Translations under genes and position numbers: made by a program
Assembly (NCBI GenBank): GCA_030324005.1
Contig: JARDVH010000121.1
Coordinates: 41,766,901 to 41,830,900, forward strand
Reading direction: 5' to 3'
DNA length: 64,000 bases
DNA from: Negaprion brevirostris
Taxonomy: Eukaryota
In this document: positions 52,250-64,000 of the stretch, in pieces
Layout: each line of letters starts with the position of its first letter
Position numbering within the stretch: position 1 is the first letter of the stretch
The notes under the pieces: generated by a model
Databases searched by the model: none
What the model saw: the letters and a program-made list of their open reading frames with translations, nothing else
What the model was told of the DNA's origin: nothing

Positions 52250-52560
52250 TAGAATCCCTAAAGTGCAGAGAGGAGCCATTCAGCCTATTATGTCTGCACT
52301 GACTCTCCAAAGAGCGTCTTACCCAGGCCCAACCCCTAGACCTATCTGCGTAACCCCGTGCATTTACTCCACCAATCCCCCTAAATAAACACCTTTAGAC
52401 ATTAAGAGGCAATTTAATATGGCCAATCCACTTAACCTGCACATCTTTGGACTGTGGAAGGAAACAAAAGCACACGGAGGAAACCCACGCAAACTCCACA
52501 GTCACCCAAGGTCCCTGACACTGTGAGGCAGCAATGCTAACCACTGTGCCACAGTGCCGC
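52250..52560 (-). mobile_element. HE1 V-SINE, reverse
   Basis: Reverse complement of the HE1 head, V-domain and tail. Confidence 0.85.
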
Positions 52561-53229
52561 TAAAATTAAATAGAATATTGGTGCATTGCAAGAGGAAAGG
52601 AATATAAAAGGAGGAAAATTTTACTACAGTTGGACAAGGGCTGTTCAACATCACACCTGGAATACTATGTGCAGTTTTGGTTTACATTTTTAAAAGCATA
52701 TAATTGCATTAGACTCATTCCTGGGATGAAGGAGTATCATATGAAGAAAGACTGAACAGGTTAAGTCTGTACCCTTTGGAGTTTCGAAGAATGAAAGGTA
52801 ATCTTATTGAAACATAGATGATCTTGAGGGGGTACTTGATATGCTGAATTAGAGTCCACTTGCCAACCAATCAGCATTCTCTTTTCCAGCAATATAAAGC
52901 TATTGTTTCCCTATATATTGGTATTCTTAGCCTTTGACTTCATTAGTCAAAGCGTTGACAAAATGTCTTTTTAGCAATACTAAAATTCTGTATTAGCAAA
53001 TGAGTATATTCATAGAATCCCATAAGTGCCAAAAAAGGCCATTTAGCCCATGAAGCCACCATGGCTAATCCATCTAACCTACACACCTTTGGAATGTGGG
53101 AGGAAACCAGACCACCCGCAGGAAACCCTCACGACAAGGGGAGAACATGCAGACTCCAAACATACAGTCACCCTGGGCTGGAACTGTGAGGCAGCAGTGC
53201 TAACCACTTTTCTCAGTACTTCAATTGCC

Positions 53230-55600
53230 TCTTCTCCTCCACCTCAAGTCTTTGTGCTTACAAGTTCAGTTGATCTAGAGGCTTTCTAATTCTTCCAGAT
53301 CCTGTTTTTGCAAAGTGGGCGAAGTGGAAGACTCTGTTGCATTAGGAAAACAATTGACGAATAGGAAGTTGTTTTGGATGTGGCCGTTCTGGCCGTCTTC
53401 TTCAATTTCTCTCCAATCTTCAGTGGGAAGATCGCTGACAGATGAGGAGGAAACTCCTCCTGACTGTACCTTCCAGAGTACTGACAAGTACGACTGTGAC
53501 TGCTCATCATAACGCACTCTCTATCTTAATCCTTAATGTAGACTTTGTTGTCCTTGTGTAAATCTGGTGGTTGTCTGCAGCGATATCTTTTGTTGTAGTT
53601 TCTGCCTGGAGAACTTCTCTCTGTCCTGGATGTTTTGGTCATCTTTGACTTTGCTGCCCTGGTATTAGTTTTTTTCAGAAATTCTACTCATTAAAGTGGT
53701 CAGGTGGAGCTCAGTTTCAGTGTAATGTGGTGGACCTGTTGGTTAACAGTGCTGTTGGGAAGTCGTCATTCTTCTTCAGGACAGTTTCTATGGTGCGGCC
53801 CTCTCTTTCTGCCTCACCATTCTACAGTGCTAGGAATTGTACATGATAGCAAATTGGGTGAAATAATTATTTGCTACTTATGGACCGTCGTGCGCTACCA
53901 TCTGGTCCAGAGTGTCATGCCTCTTGACTAACTCCTCCAACAATCCAGTGAGAGAAGTAGTCCACCACAATGAGAAAGGATCTGCCACTGAACACAAATA
54001 AAGCAATGCCCAGTCATTTGCAGGGCCTGGTTGGGAACTGTGTGGGTATAAATGCTTACTATTATGTTCTCAATTTGTCTTGATGCCTGGTCACCACACT
54101 GCAGCTTGGGCCCTTACCCTCCATTTGGTAATTACTAAGTATCCTTGATGTATTTTTTTTGGAAGATCTCTAGCCATAGTGGGGCTGGAATGACCAACTG
54201 CTCATTTTATACCAGCAGATCATTGATAATGGTCAAGTGTTTCTGCTGATAAAACCAAGGCTTCATGGTACCACTGTTCCAACTCGATTTTCAGGTTTGT
54301 TGATGACACCACCGTTGTGGGTTGGATCTCAAAAAATGACAAGACACAGTACAGGAATGAGATAGAAAATTTGGTGAACTGGTGCCATGACAATAATCTC
54401 TCCCTGAATGTCAACAAATGAATAAGTTAGTCATCAACTTCAGGAAGCATATTGGAGGGCATGGCCTTGTCTACATCAATGGGAACGAAGTAGAAATGAT
54501 TGAGAACTTCAAATGTTTAGGTGCCCAAATCACCAGCAACCTGTCCTGGTGCATCCATGCGGACACTATAGTTAAGAAAGCCCACCAATGCGTTTACTTT
54601 TTCAGGAAGCTAAGAAAATTTGCATGTTCGCTACAACGCTCACCAACATCTCACGTGCACAATAGAAAGTATTCTTTCCAGTTGGCACAGCTCCTGCTCT
54701 GCCCAAGACTGCAAAAATCTACAAAGGAACGTGAATGAAGCCAGTCCATCACTCAAACCAGCCTCCCATCCATTACACAGTCTACACTTCAGAAAAAAAC
54801 GCAAAAGTCTGGACATGTACCAACTGACTCAAGAACAGCTTCCTCCCTGTGGCCATCAGACTTTTGAAGGAACTTACCCCACATTAAGTTGATCTTTCTC
54901 GGTACCCTAGCTATGACTGTAACACTACATCCTGCACTCTCTCCTTTCCTTCTCTATGAATGGTACGCTTTGTCTGTATAGTGTGCAAGAAACAATACTT
55001 TTCACTGCATACTAATACATGTAACAATAATAAATCAAATCGAAGGTTCATTCTCTATGTAGCCACCCTGTTGACAGTAACTGTGGATGCAAGTACACTC
55101 CACATCTCGCGTTTGTTCCTGATGGATTTGCTGGATATTTCTTGTGGGAGCTGGCAAGTGTCTCCTCACCGATTGGGAGTACAACTTGAGTTCCACAATT
55201 AGGTTGACATCATATTTCATTGAAAGGTCGACAATCTGGCACTATTTTTTTCCCTGAACTCTGACCTTCCTTTATGTGAATCTCATGCAGCATAGCTAAG
55301 ATCTCTGGATTTTCAAGGTGGTATCTTTGCCAACTCTTTCTTATCTAGCAGTGAGCGCAGTGGCTTATGGTCCATTTCAATGATGACCTTTAGGCCGATT
55401 ACGTAGTTCAAAAAGTTTTTGCATGCTTATGAGACTGTGAGAGCTTCTCTTTCGATCATGGTGTATCTTATCCCTGTAACCAACAGTTCTCTGGAAGCTT
55501 AATACATTGTCCGATGACATCTCATCAGGTATTCCAGAAAATAAATTGCTCTGAGGCTTGTGGATTGAAGCTATATTGATGGGTTAGTTTTCTCTTTCCG
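53230..55600 (-). mobile_element. Decayed Gypsy pol (RNase H to integrase), interrupted by a Rex LINE
   Basis: Minus strand near 55290-55500 reads ASRELL..RYTMIEREAL...ACKNF..YVIG...EMDHKPL, a Ty3/Gypsy RNase H. It carries stops and frameshifts; boundaries are approximate. Confidence 0.7.
54275..55041 (+). mobile_element. Rex-Babar LINE, 5'-truncated
   Basis: FRFVDDTTVVGWISKNDKTQYRNEIENLVNWCHDNNLSLNVNK, LVINFRK and an aataaatcaaatc tail. Confidence 0.88.
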
Positions 55601-55848
55601 AACTGTCAAAGTAATGTTAAAATGTTAAATGTTTGTCTCATAACATCCCCAATATTTCTGTTTTGATTTCAAGTTTTAGTCCATTGAATTGACCAACTCA
55701 GCTACACGATGAAATAACTGCTTGGAAAGCATTGTGAAAATGTATATATAATCAAAACATCGACAAAATACTTAGATACATCAAAATCAGAAAACAAAAG
55801 TAATTGCACTATTGAGTTCCAATTAGGCTCTAAAAATAATAGATCTAC

Positions 55849-55958
55849 CTTATGGAAACTTCCAAAGAAAATCTTCTTAACTTCAGGTTGGTTGAAAGTA
55901 ATTCCCTGAAATTCATTCTTATTGTCAAGATTAAAGTAGTTCAGAGTTTGTTGGTTAT
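55849..55958 (-). CDS. COL20A1: Collagen XX exon, TSPN part 3
   Basis: 110 bp, phase 1/0. Encodes [37 protein letters not shown]. Confidence 0.93.
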
Positions 55959-56244
55959 CTGTAAGATGAATGGAACAATATCAATGAAAGTTTTGCTGCT
56001 TTTAACATAAACTGACTCTTAATTAATATCCGCCAATATTTTTGAGAGGCTGATTTTACAAAATTGTACTCCCAGCTAGCAACTCTATCCATTGGGAAAG
56101 TGTATTGAAAATTTGGGAAATAATTTTTTCTGTATTTGTCCAATCTATGTGTCCGAGAATTCCATTTATATTGTGGCTCTTTGCTGGAAGTACAATTGTT
56201 TAAAAAAACATCTATTTGATGTAATTTGTGCTCAAAAGCCTTAC

Positions 56245-56387
56245 AGTTAAGCACCACTCCAACAAGTGGCTGGTAATCTTCATCCACAACCTGCCAAATT
56301 GCAAATGGTCCTTTAGGCGTATTGGGTAGGAGTCGGAAGAACAAAGTAATCGTGTAGACTGGAGGTAGTCCTGTGGGGTGGATATTC
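56245..56387 (-). CDS. COL20A1: Collagen XX exon, TSPN part 2
   Basis: 143 bp, phase 2/1. Encodes [47 protein letters not shown]. Confidence 0.93.
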
Positions 56388-59060
56388 CTGCATTTAAAAA
56401 TAGATAAATTCAAAAGGAAAACTCATATTCCTGAAATGTTATTTTTTACCAGTTGTATATCAACTGATGAACAGGGGAAAGGGGTCAGGGAGTTGCCTGA
56501 TTAAAGTCTACCAAGTCAATTTCCCAACAATGTCTTGCTGAAAACCCACACTCAAGGGTCTTGGATGAGATTCTCCAGCCTCCGAACCATATCTTTCTCC
56601 ATGGAGTGCCTTTCGCTGGTAGCAGGGCTCTCCGGTCTCGCTGCTGTCAATGGGATTTTCTATTGAAGCCATCTCGTGTAACCAGGAAACCCGCAGGAGG
56701 GGATGCGGTGCTGGTGGGACCAGAGAATCCTGCTGCCGTGAATGGTCGGAGAATTCCGGCCATTATATCATGAAGTGACGCAGATGAGGTTTGCCATTTG
56801 ACACCATAGTGAACTCATTCACTAGAATTCTACTGCCTCGCCCACCACAGAATCGGAGCAGCTGAGGAATGGACAATGGAAATGTCCGTTGACTTCAAGT
56901 GGGAATTTCTGCTCTCACTCGAGTGAGACCGCAAAGTCCAGCCCATAATTTCAATCAAAGGCAGAAATTACAAAAGGCCAGGCAGTTTCTCCCAATTCCA
57001 CCGAGGCAGAAAGTAAATAAAAGGAAACACATCTAAAGTTAAAAATAAATCCAAGCCTGCATTGTGATTGTCACTAATATAATATTTTTACAGTGCTAAA
57101 AGTATCTTGCAAAGGAATTCTTTGAACATTTTGACGGATTCTTTTCTCTAAATCCCTTTATTTCTGTGCAGTATGTTCTAAAATATTCATGGGCGATCCC
57201 ATGCTTGGCTTTGATTGTTCGGAATATTATCGCATTCAAGCTTCAAAGGCTTAGTCCTAGTTTGACCAGCAATGAATTTTCAAAAGTCTGCGCATAATAT
57301 GGATTCACAAAATGAATGACCACTTGTGTGAGGTCACTAAGCTTCCTGGAGCACTGCATCCAGGTCCTCAGGATTTGACTCCTGGCATTGACAGCCATAG
57401 CTATCTAGTCCCACTGCCTTCACAAAGTTTGTCTGGAGGGTCTACAGACTCCTTGTGGATAGGTGGGGGGGGGGGGGGAGTGTNNNNNNNNNNNNNNNNN
57501 NNNNNNNNNNNNNNNNNNNNNNNNNNNNNNNNNNNNNNNNNNNNNNNNNNNNNNNNNNNNNNNNNNNNNNNNNNNNNNNNNNNNNNNNNNNNNNNNNNNN
57601 NNNNNNNNNNNNNNNNNNNNGTAGGCTGAACTTCAATCATTTATATTAGCAGACAGCACGCGCAGCCTTCCTGGATGTGAAGAAATGTCAGTGGAGTAAT
57701 CTAGCCTTAGTATCCGGACATCTGTTTATTGATCCCATCCAATTTCTACCCCTCCCCCTCAATGCTTCTCAAAAGATTCTCAAAACTTTTAAGTAAAGCA
57801 AACTTTTTCACACACTAACTGCCTAGAATTCTTCACAAATAACAAAGCTGGTTTCCAGATTCTATCAATGTAAAGCATGATTAAATTTTTACATTAGTGT
57901 GTTGGACAAACACGATTCAGTCTGACAATAAGGGTCTTCCAATCAATACCAACTCATCTAAAAGTCCCATTATAGTTGGCACTTACACAGGGCATTACAT
58001 TCTTTAACTCCAATTATTACAGCATCAAATATGAGCTTTTCCCATAACATTTTCATGAACAACTGGTATTTGACAAGAAGACAATGATTGCATACTCAAA
58101 ATTAGTATTAAAAATGTGGCACATTTATCTATTGTTGGATTTAAGTAGACACTAGTTAACATTTACATTAATATAAACACTAGAGGGAAACAGCATACAA
58201 ATTGAAAAATAAAATGTAGAAATAATTGAAAGCTTTTCTCATCCATTATGATGTAGAAAAACCTATTCAAGGTCTTGGTTTTTGAGATGGCTTCATATTA
58301 TGAAATTATCAGCTCACTAAATTTTATTTTGCTATTTTGAAATGTATTTTTTTTGAAGAAGTTCAAAATGCAATTTTAGGTCTTTCAAAAAATCAGTTAG
58401 TTAAAAAAAAGGAATACTTTAAGAAAATATTCAATTGTTTGCCAACAAACTGTGATGATAGGTTGTTTGCAAACATATTGTACATTATTCAATCTTTATA
58501 TGGAAAATCATATAATTATTTGCACAAGTAGTTTGCCTTAAATGTTAACATAAAAGGTTTTATAGAAATAAAGAATTGTGAACAGGGAGAGTGCATTACA
58601 TATATAGAAAAATATCCGACTGTATCTTCTATAGTGCCGCTCATAGCCAGACAGAAGATCATTTTTCGTTGATAAGGAAAACTATGCCATACAAAACCAT
58701 GTACTATTTTACTGTTAAACTATGTCAACTATGTCAGATATTAGGAATAAGTTAAATTCAACGGATAACTAGTGATAGTATTAGAAACCATAACTATGAT
58801 TTTACTGGTGAGAAAATCATTTAAGAGCTTGCAGATACTGTGGCTTCAGCGTTTTCTGTTCTGTGAAAAGTACATAAACTGAAGTTTATCAAAGGAGGAG
58901 AGTGGAAGGCCAATCAGCTGGACATAAAACACAGCTCAACCAAGTGGTGGCAAAGGCATAAGTTAAAGTTTCAATGGTAGGTGGGTGTGAAGGGAAGAAT
59001 TAAGCGGAGGGAGTGGGATATTTGGGATGGGAGAACATGGAGTCAGAATCACATACATAC

Positions 59061-59199
59061 CTTGTAGCCTGTGTAAGCTGAGCATTTTCAAAAATGTTAT
59101 ATGATGGTGAACTTGTAAAGATGTCAAACTCCAAAGAAACTCCTTCAAGTTCTGAATATTCTCTGTCTACTAAGCCAAATGCCTCCATCATGTTAATTC
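59061..59199 (-). CDS. COL20A1: Collagen XX exon, TSPN (LamG) domain part 1
   Basis: 139 bp, AG/GT ends. Encodes GINMMEAFGLVDREYSELEGVSLEFDIFTSSPSYNIFENAQLTQATR. Confidence 0.92.
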
Positions 59200-59319
59200 C
59201 TATAAGAGATGTAAAACACTATAAATGTGATTTTTGTGTTGGCAACTCACAGAATTAGTTTTAGCATATAAAAATTTGAGAAACCATCAACATTTGAGTT
59301 TACATGCTTTCAATACTAG

Positions 59320-59760
59320 TTTATTTATTAATCACAAGTAAGGCTTACATTAACACTGCAGTGAAGTTACTGTGAAATTCCCCTAATCGCCACAGTACGG
59401 CGTGTGTTCAGGTCAATGCACCTAATTAACCCACACGTTTTTCAGACTGTGGGAGGAAACTGGAGCACCCAGAGGAAACCCACGCAGACACGGGGAGAAC
59501 GTGCAAACTCCACACAGACAGTGANNNNNNNNNNNNNNNNNNNNNNNNNNNNNNNNNNNNNNNNNNNNNNNNNNNNNNNNNNNNNNNNNNNNNNNNNNNN
59601 NNNNNNNNNNNNNNNNNNNNNNNNAGGAAACCTGAGCACCCAGAGGAAACCCACGCAGACACGGGGAGAACGTGCAAACTCCACACAGACAGTGACCCAA
59701 GCCAGGAATTGAACCCAGATCCCTGGCACTGTGAGGCAACATGCTAACCACTGTGCCATC
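59320..59760 (-). mobile_element. V-SINE with alternative tail (spans an artefactual gap)
   Basis: Head and V-domain as in HE1; tail as at 14299. Confidence 0.85.
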
Positions 59761-59837
59761 CATAGTTCCAGAATGTTAGAATATTCACTTTTTTTGACAT
59801 TGAGATAGCCTAATGAAAAACTACATTCATTTCATAC

Positions 59838-59876
59838 CTGGTACAATGGTGCCTCTAATGTTTGTCAAGGGACAAG
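59838..59876 (-). CDS. COL20A1: Collagen XX exon, VWA-TSPN linker
   Basis: 39 bp, ttttcAG...GTATGA, phase 1/1. Encodes TCPLTNIRGTIVPG, equivalent to the SCP...G linker of FACIT collagens XII/XIV/XX. Confidence 0.85.
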
Positions 59877-61573
59877 CTGAAAACAAGTAATGAGAGATCA
59901 ATTAATCAACATGACTAATCTTTGGAAGGAAAGGTTTTGCAATTGTGTAACACATCCCTCAAAAATATCTGCAAATGCCTCACATACAGTTAAGCTCAGT
60001 GTAGGTCAACCCAACAATTTTACATACATCAGTCAAATGAATGAACAGTTAACATGCTTTTGGAACAAAAGCAGAAAATGTTGGAAAATCTCAGCAGGTC
60101 TGATGGCATCTGTGGAGAAAGAATACGTTTTGAGTCATGATGATCCTTTGTCAAGTTGTTCAGTCATTCTTATCTGATTACACTTTTATGTTGATCATTT
60201 TGAAGAATCTTGGAGTTAAAGGTTTTGGATTTGTGGTACTGTAGATTGCAGTGCATAAATCAACTCATCATATAAAACAAACCATTATTTGGCCCCAAAG
60301 ATTACGTTTTTGCACATACTCAAGTGTCCATTAAGTGATCAGAATGTGTGAATGTGGCTCTGACGAAGGGTGCTGTCAGATTTTCCATCATTTTCTTTTT
60401 TATATATTTCAGATTCCAGCATCTACAGTATTTTGCTTTTATAATATGTTTTGGTGTTTGTTATGGAAGCAGAAATTGCCATGATATTAAGAGAACTCTT
60501 ATTTGAATAATGTCATTGGACTTTAGGAAGCCAGCAGAAAAAGTTGCCAAAAGTTGACAAAATGGCACCCATTTGGTGACCATAATGCATCACTTTTTCA
60601 ATAAATTNNNNNNNNNNNNNNNNNNNNNNNNNNNNNNNNNNNNNNNNNNNNNNNNNNNNNNNNNNNNNNNNNNNNNNNNNNNNNNNNNNNNNNNNNNNNN
60701 NNNNNNNNNNNNNNNNNNNNNNNNNNNNNNNNNNNNNNNNNNNNNNNNNNNNNNNNNNNNNNNNNNNNNNNNNNNNNNNNNNNNNNNNNNNNNNNNNNNN
60801 NNNNNNNNNNNNNNNNNNNNNNNNNNNNNNNNNNNNNNNNNNNNNNNNNNNNNNNNNNNNNNNNNNNNNNNNNNNNNNNNNNNNNNNNNNNNNNNNNNNN
60901 NNNNNNNNNNNNNNNNNGGTATTATAAATTACAGTGCATAAATCAACTCTTCATACGAGACAAACCATTATTTGGCCCCAAAGGTTATGTTTTTGCATTT
61001 ACTCAACATTAAAGTCATCCTCCCTCTTCCACAATAACATGCCACACTCGCATTAGTAGTTTTCAAACCAAAATGGATGTTTCACTTATGGCTAACTTTT
61101 AACTGGGTACAAGGGATCATGCAGGCCATACAGGCTGGAGATGCATGGAGTTTAAAACTGACTCATGCAGAGCAGACCCCGAGCAATGAATGACAAAGAT
61201 GCTGACAACATGCACCAGTACCTGTGGTTCACTTTCATACATGCCATAATGAGTCAATATTGTTTCTTGAGGGATGTTTTGACGCATCAACGGTCAACAT
61301 TTACGGAGTGATGCCAGTAAAACTGTCAGCATTTGCCATTATTACCCCTTTGAAGATAACAGTAACTTCTAGAGTCCGCACATGCACAGTACAACATGGA
61401 AATCCAGAAATTGCTGTCAGTGATTTTTGTAGAGGATATACTGTTGAGATCCCCTCAAATTAGAATCAATTATAAATTATTGAACTGGCAAAATTTTCTG
61501 CTGTGACACAATCAGACAACACAAACAAAGCCCAGTCCATCATTCAAATCAGCCTCCCATCCACTGACATTAC

Positions 61574-62901
61574 GGGCCCGATTTTACCATTGTGTCGGGC
61601 GCGAAAACATGGTAAAGTCAATTTGCATGCATTTAAACTGAATTAATGAACTGCCCGCCAAACTTTATTAGCATTTCTCCCTTTACCACCGCGTTCGCAC
61701 ATCCCGATTCGGTGCAAAACAGATCTGCTCGGCAAAAATCTGTTTCGGACGCTCCAGCTGCTGAAGTGATAAGTTCAGAGCTTCCAACGGCTCTCTAACT
61801 CAGATCAGTGGTGGGGGGTGGAAGGAGGCAGGTCAGAACATTCTCTGGTGATGGGGGAGGAGGGAAGGAGGAGGTAGATCAGATGTATCTCTGGTGGTGG
61901 GGTGGGGAGTGAGGTCCAATCATTGCCTGGTGGGCGGGGGAGTTGGGAGTGTGGGGGTGGGGGGTGCGATCATTGTCAGGNNNNNNNNNNNNNNNNNNNN
62001 NNNNNNNNNNNNNNNNNNNNNNNNNNNNNNNNNNNNNNNNNNNNNNNNNNNNNNNNNNNNNNNNNNNNNNNNNNNNNNNNNNNNNNNNNNNNNNNNNNNN
62101 NNNNNNNNNNNNNNNNNNNNNNNNNNNNNNNNNNNNNNNNNNNNNNNNNNNNNNNNNNNNNNNNNNNNNNNNNNNNNNNNNNNNNNNNNNNNNNNNNNNN
62201 NNNNNNNNNNNNNNNNNNNNNNNNNNNNNNNNNNNNNNNNNNNNNNNNNNNNNNNNNNNNNNNNNNNNNNNNNNNNNNNNNNNNNNNNNNNNNNNNNNNN
62301 NNNNNNNNNNNNNNNNNNNNNNNNNNNNNNNNNNNNNNNNNNNNNNNNNNNNNNNNNNNNNNNNNNNNNNNNNNNNNNNNNNNNNNNNNNNNNNNNNNNN
62401 NNNNNNNNNNNNNNNNNNNNNNNNNNNNNNNNNNNNNNNNNNNNNNNNNNNNNNNNNNNNNNNNNNNNNNNNNNNNNNNNNNNNNNNNNNNNNNNNNNNN
62501 NNNNNNNNNNNNNNNNNNNNNNNNNNNNNNNNNNNNNNNNNNNNNNNNNNNNNNNNNNNNNNNNNNNNNNNNNNNNNNNNNNNNNGGATAAGGGGGAAAG
62601 TTATGTTGTGGGGTGGGGCTAATGTCTATGGGGACCATCCCTCCCCAGCCACTTTATCTACATTTTGCAGCCGGGAGCGATGCAACATCGGCGCGATTTT
62701 CAAATTTTATTTCTAACTGCGCATGTGCAGTTCAAAGCTCCGACTGTTTTGGGTGCACTAAGCCCCGCCCACAGCGCAATTCAGACCTGCATTTTTTCTT
62801 TCAAGCTAAGTGCATATGGGGTGCCTGAAAGCAGATTTCCAAATCAGATCTGAATTGAGTCCAGACTCAGCACTTAAGATCAAAATGGTAAAATCAGGCC
62901 C
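61574..62901. mobile_element. Complete GGGCCC-family TIR element (non-autonomous DNA transposon), interior partly in a gap
   Basis: 18 bp TIRs gggcccgattttaccatt / aatggtaaaatcaggccc (17/18 match). A second copy starts 3 bp later at 62905. Confidence 0.75.
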
Positions 62902-63708
62902 TGTGGTTCCGATTTTACCATGAGGGTGCGAAGATGTGGTGAAGTCGAGCGTGAGGCCATTAATGCGATCCGTGTCCACGTCCGCGCAGATGCCCACTTT
63001 ACCAAGGCCTGAAAATGGCCACCATCCAATTCGCACCCGAAATGGCGCAATGGTGATTTAAATGCATTTGCATACATCTAAATTGAATTAATGAGGTGCC
63101 CGCCCAACTTTACCAGCATTTTCCCCTTTACCATTGCGTTCACACAGCCAGATTCGGCGCAAATATGCTCGGCAAAGGTCTGTTTCGGGCGCTCCAGCTG
63201 CTGAAGAGATAAGTTCAGAGCTTCCAACAGCTCTCTGACTCAAATCAGTGGTGGGGGGAGGGGGGAGGGGGAGGGAGGCNNNNNNNNNNNNNNNNNNNNN
63301 NNNNNNNNNNNNNNNNNNNNNNNNNNNNNNNNNNNNNNNNNNNNNNNNNNNNNNNNNNNNNNNNNNNNNNNNNNNNNNNGACCTTCGTTCAATGGGAACT
63401 CAGTTCCAAATTCTGGTATAGACCTCAGTGTGTTTAACTTGCAGCTCACTGTTTTTGAATGGATGGAAGAATAGATAGGCTAAATTGGGAAGCTTTATAC
63501 CAGGAGCACTAAGTTACAATATTCACACCTGAAAGAATAAACAGCAGTTACTCTGAAATATGTTAATTAAAGCTGTAGTTAGCCTTTGGTGGTTCGGATA
63601 ATCAATATCACATCATCACAGTATTTATTGCTGAAGCTCAGTTTCATTAAAGCTTTGTGTTTCCTCTACAGACAGCAAATATGCATTCTGGGAAAGTAAA
63701 ACACTTAC

Positions 63709-63873
63709 TTGTAGAGACAGTCTGACAAATGGATGAAATGAATTTGTTTCCAATAGTGCTTAAATCACTGAAATCATTTACATGTAAAACACTTCTGCTG
63801 CTGGGCGTGCCTGCAATTTCCTCAACTCTTTTCTCATCAGCGTCATCAACACCAAGAACGAAGATAGAAAAGC
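63709..63873 (-). CDS. COL20A1: Collagen XX alpha-1 exon, C-terminal part of a VWA domain
   Basis: ttttgcacAG acceptor and GTAAGT donor; 165 bp, phase 1/1. Encodes GFSIFVLGVDDADEKRVEEIAGTPSSRSVLHVNDFSDLSTIGNKFISSICQTVST, similar to the last VWA of COL12/COL14 (GFSVFVVGVAD...FVCETA). Splices in frame to the next exon. Confidence 0.85.
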
Positions 63874-64000
63874 CTGTGCAAAAACAATTGCAAAAACTTA
63901 TAATAATAAAACTTCTTGGCAGACAGATATTATCTGGCTTCCACTGTGATATTGCCTACATTATCCCTATACAGAAAAAAAGATGGCGCCGGAGCGAGGC

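Noticed and set aside
55955-56244. Extended 152 aa ORF
   Set aside because: Only 56245-56387 is exon; the rest is intron read-through with no FACIT similarity.
59455-59694. Apparent ~70 bp tandem duplication inside a SINE
   Set aside because: The copies flank a ~100-N gap. This is an unmerged contig overlap, as at 30299-30319/30420-30439.
1-64000. CRISPR array, rRNA or prokaryotic/viral system
   Set aside because: There is no regular repeat-spacer array, rRNA signature or intronless operon-like coding. The window is vertebrate intron and intergenic DNA.

Overview
Eukaryotic, repeat-rich draft genomic DNA with many N gaps. It is almost certainly from a shark or other elasmobranch, judging by HE1/V-SINEs, HER1/CR1-type LINEs and Deu-domain SINEs. 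The only host gene I can support is the 3' part of a FACIT collagen on the minus strand. I reconstructed 18 complete, phase-consistent GT-AG coding exons between 63873 and 25620, plus one exon truncated by a gap. They encode the end of a VWA domain, TSPN/LamG, COL2, NC2, COL1 with the C-x4-C motif, and NC1. Diagnostic peptides (GLQGPK, GxRGLEG, GELQSLASVYQLVTQA, KFDS) point to collagen XX (COL20A1). Most other long ORFs in the track are transposon relics or noise. The most notable observations are: (1) a ~320 bp intronic retroposon with a U2 snRNA 5' head, a second internal U2 stem-loop, an octamer, an A-tail and a 15 bp TSD; (2) a VWA exon directly upstream of TSPN, a COL12/14-like architecture in a COL20-like gene; (3) a probable second, distal terminal NC1 exon; (4) several locally templated insertion or inversion scars. 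All homology calls are from recalled sequence knowledge, not database searches.
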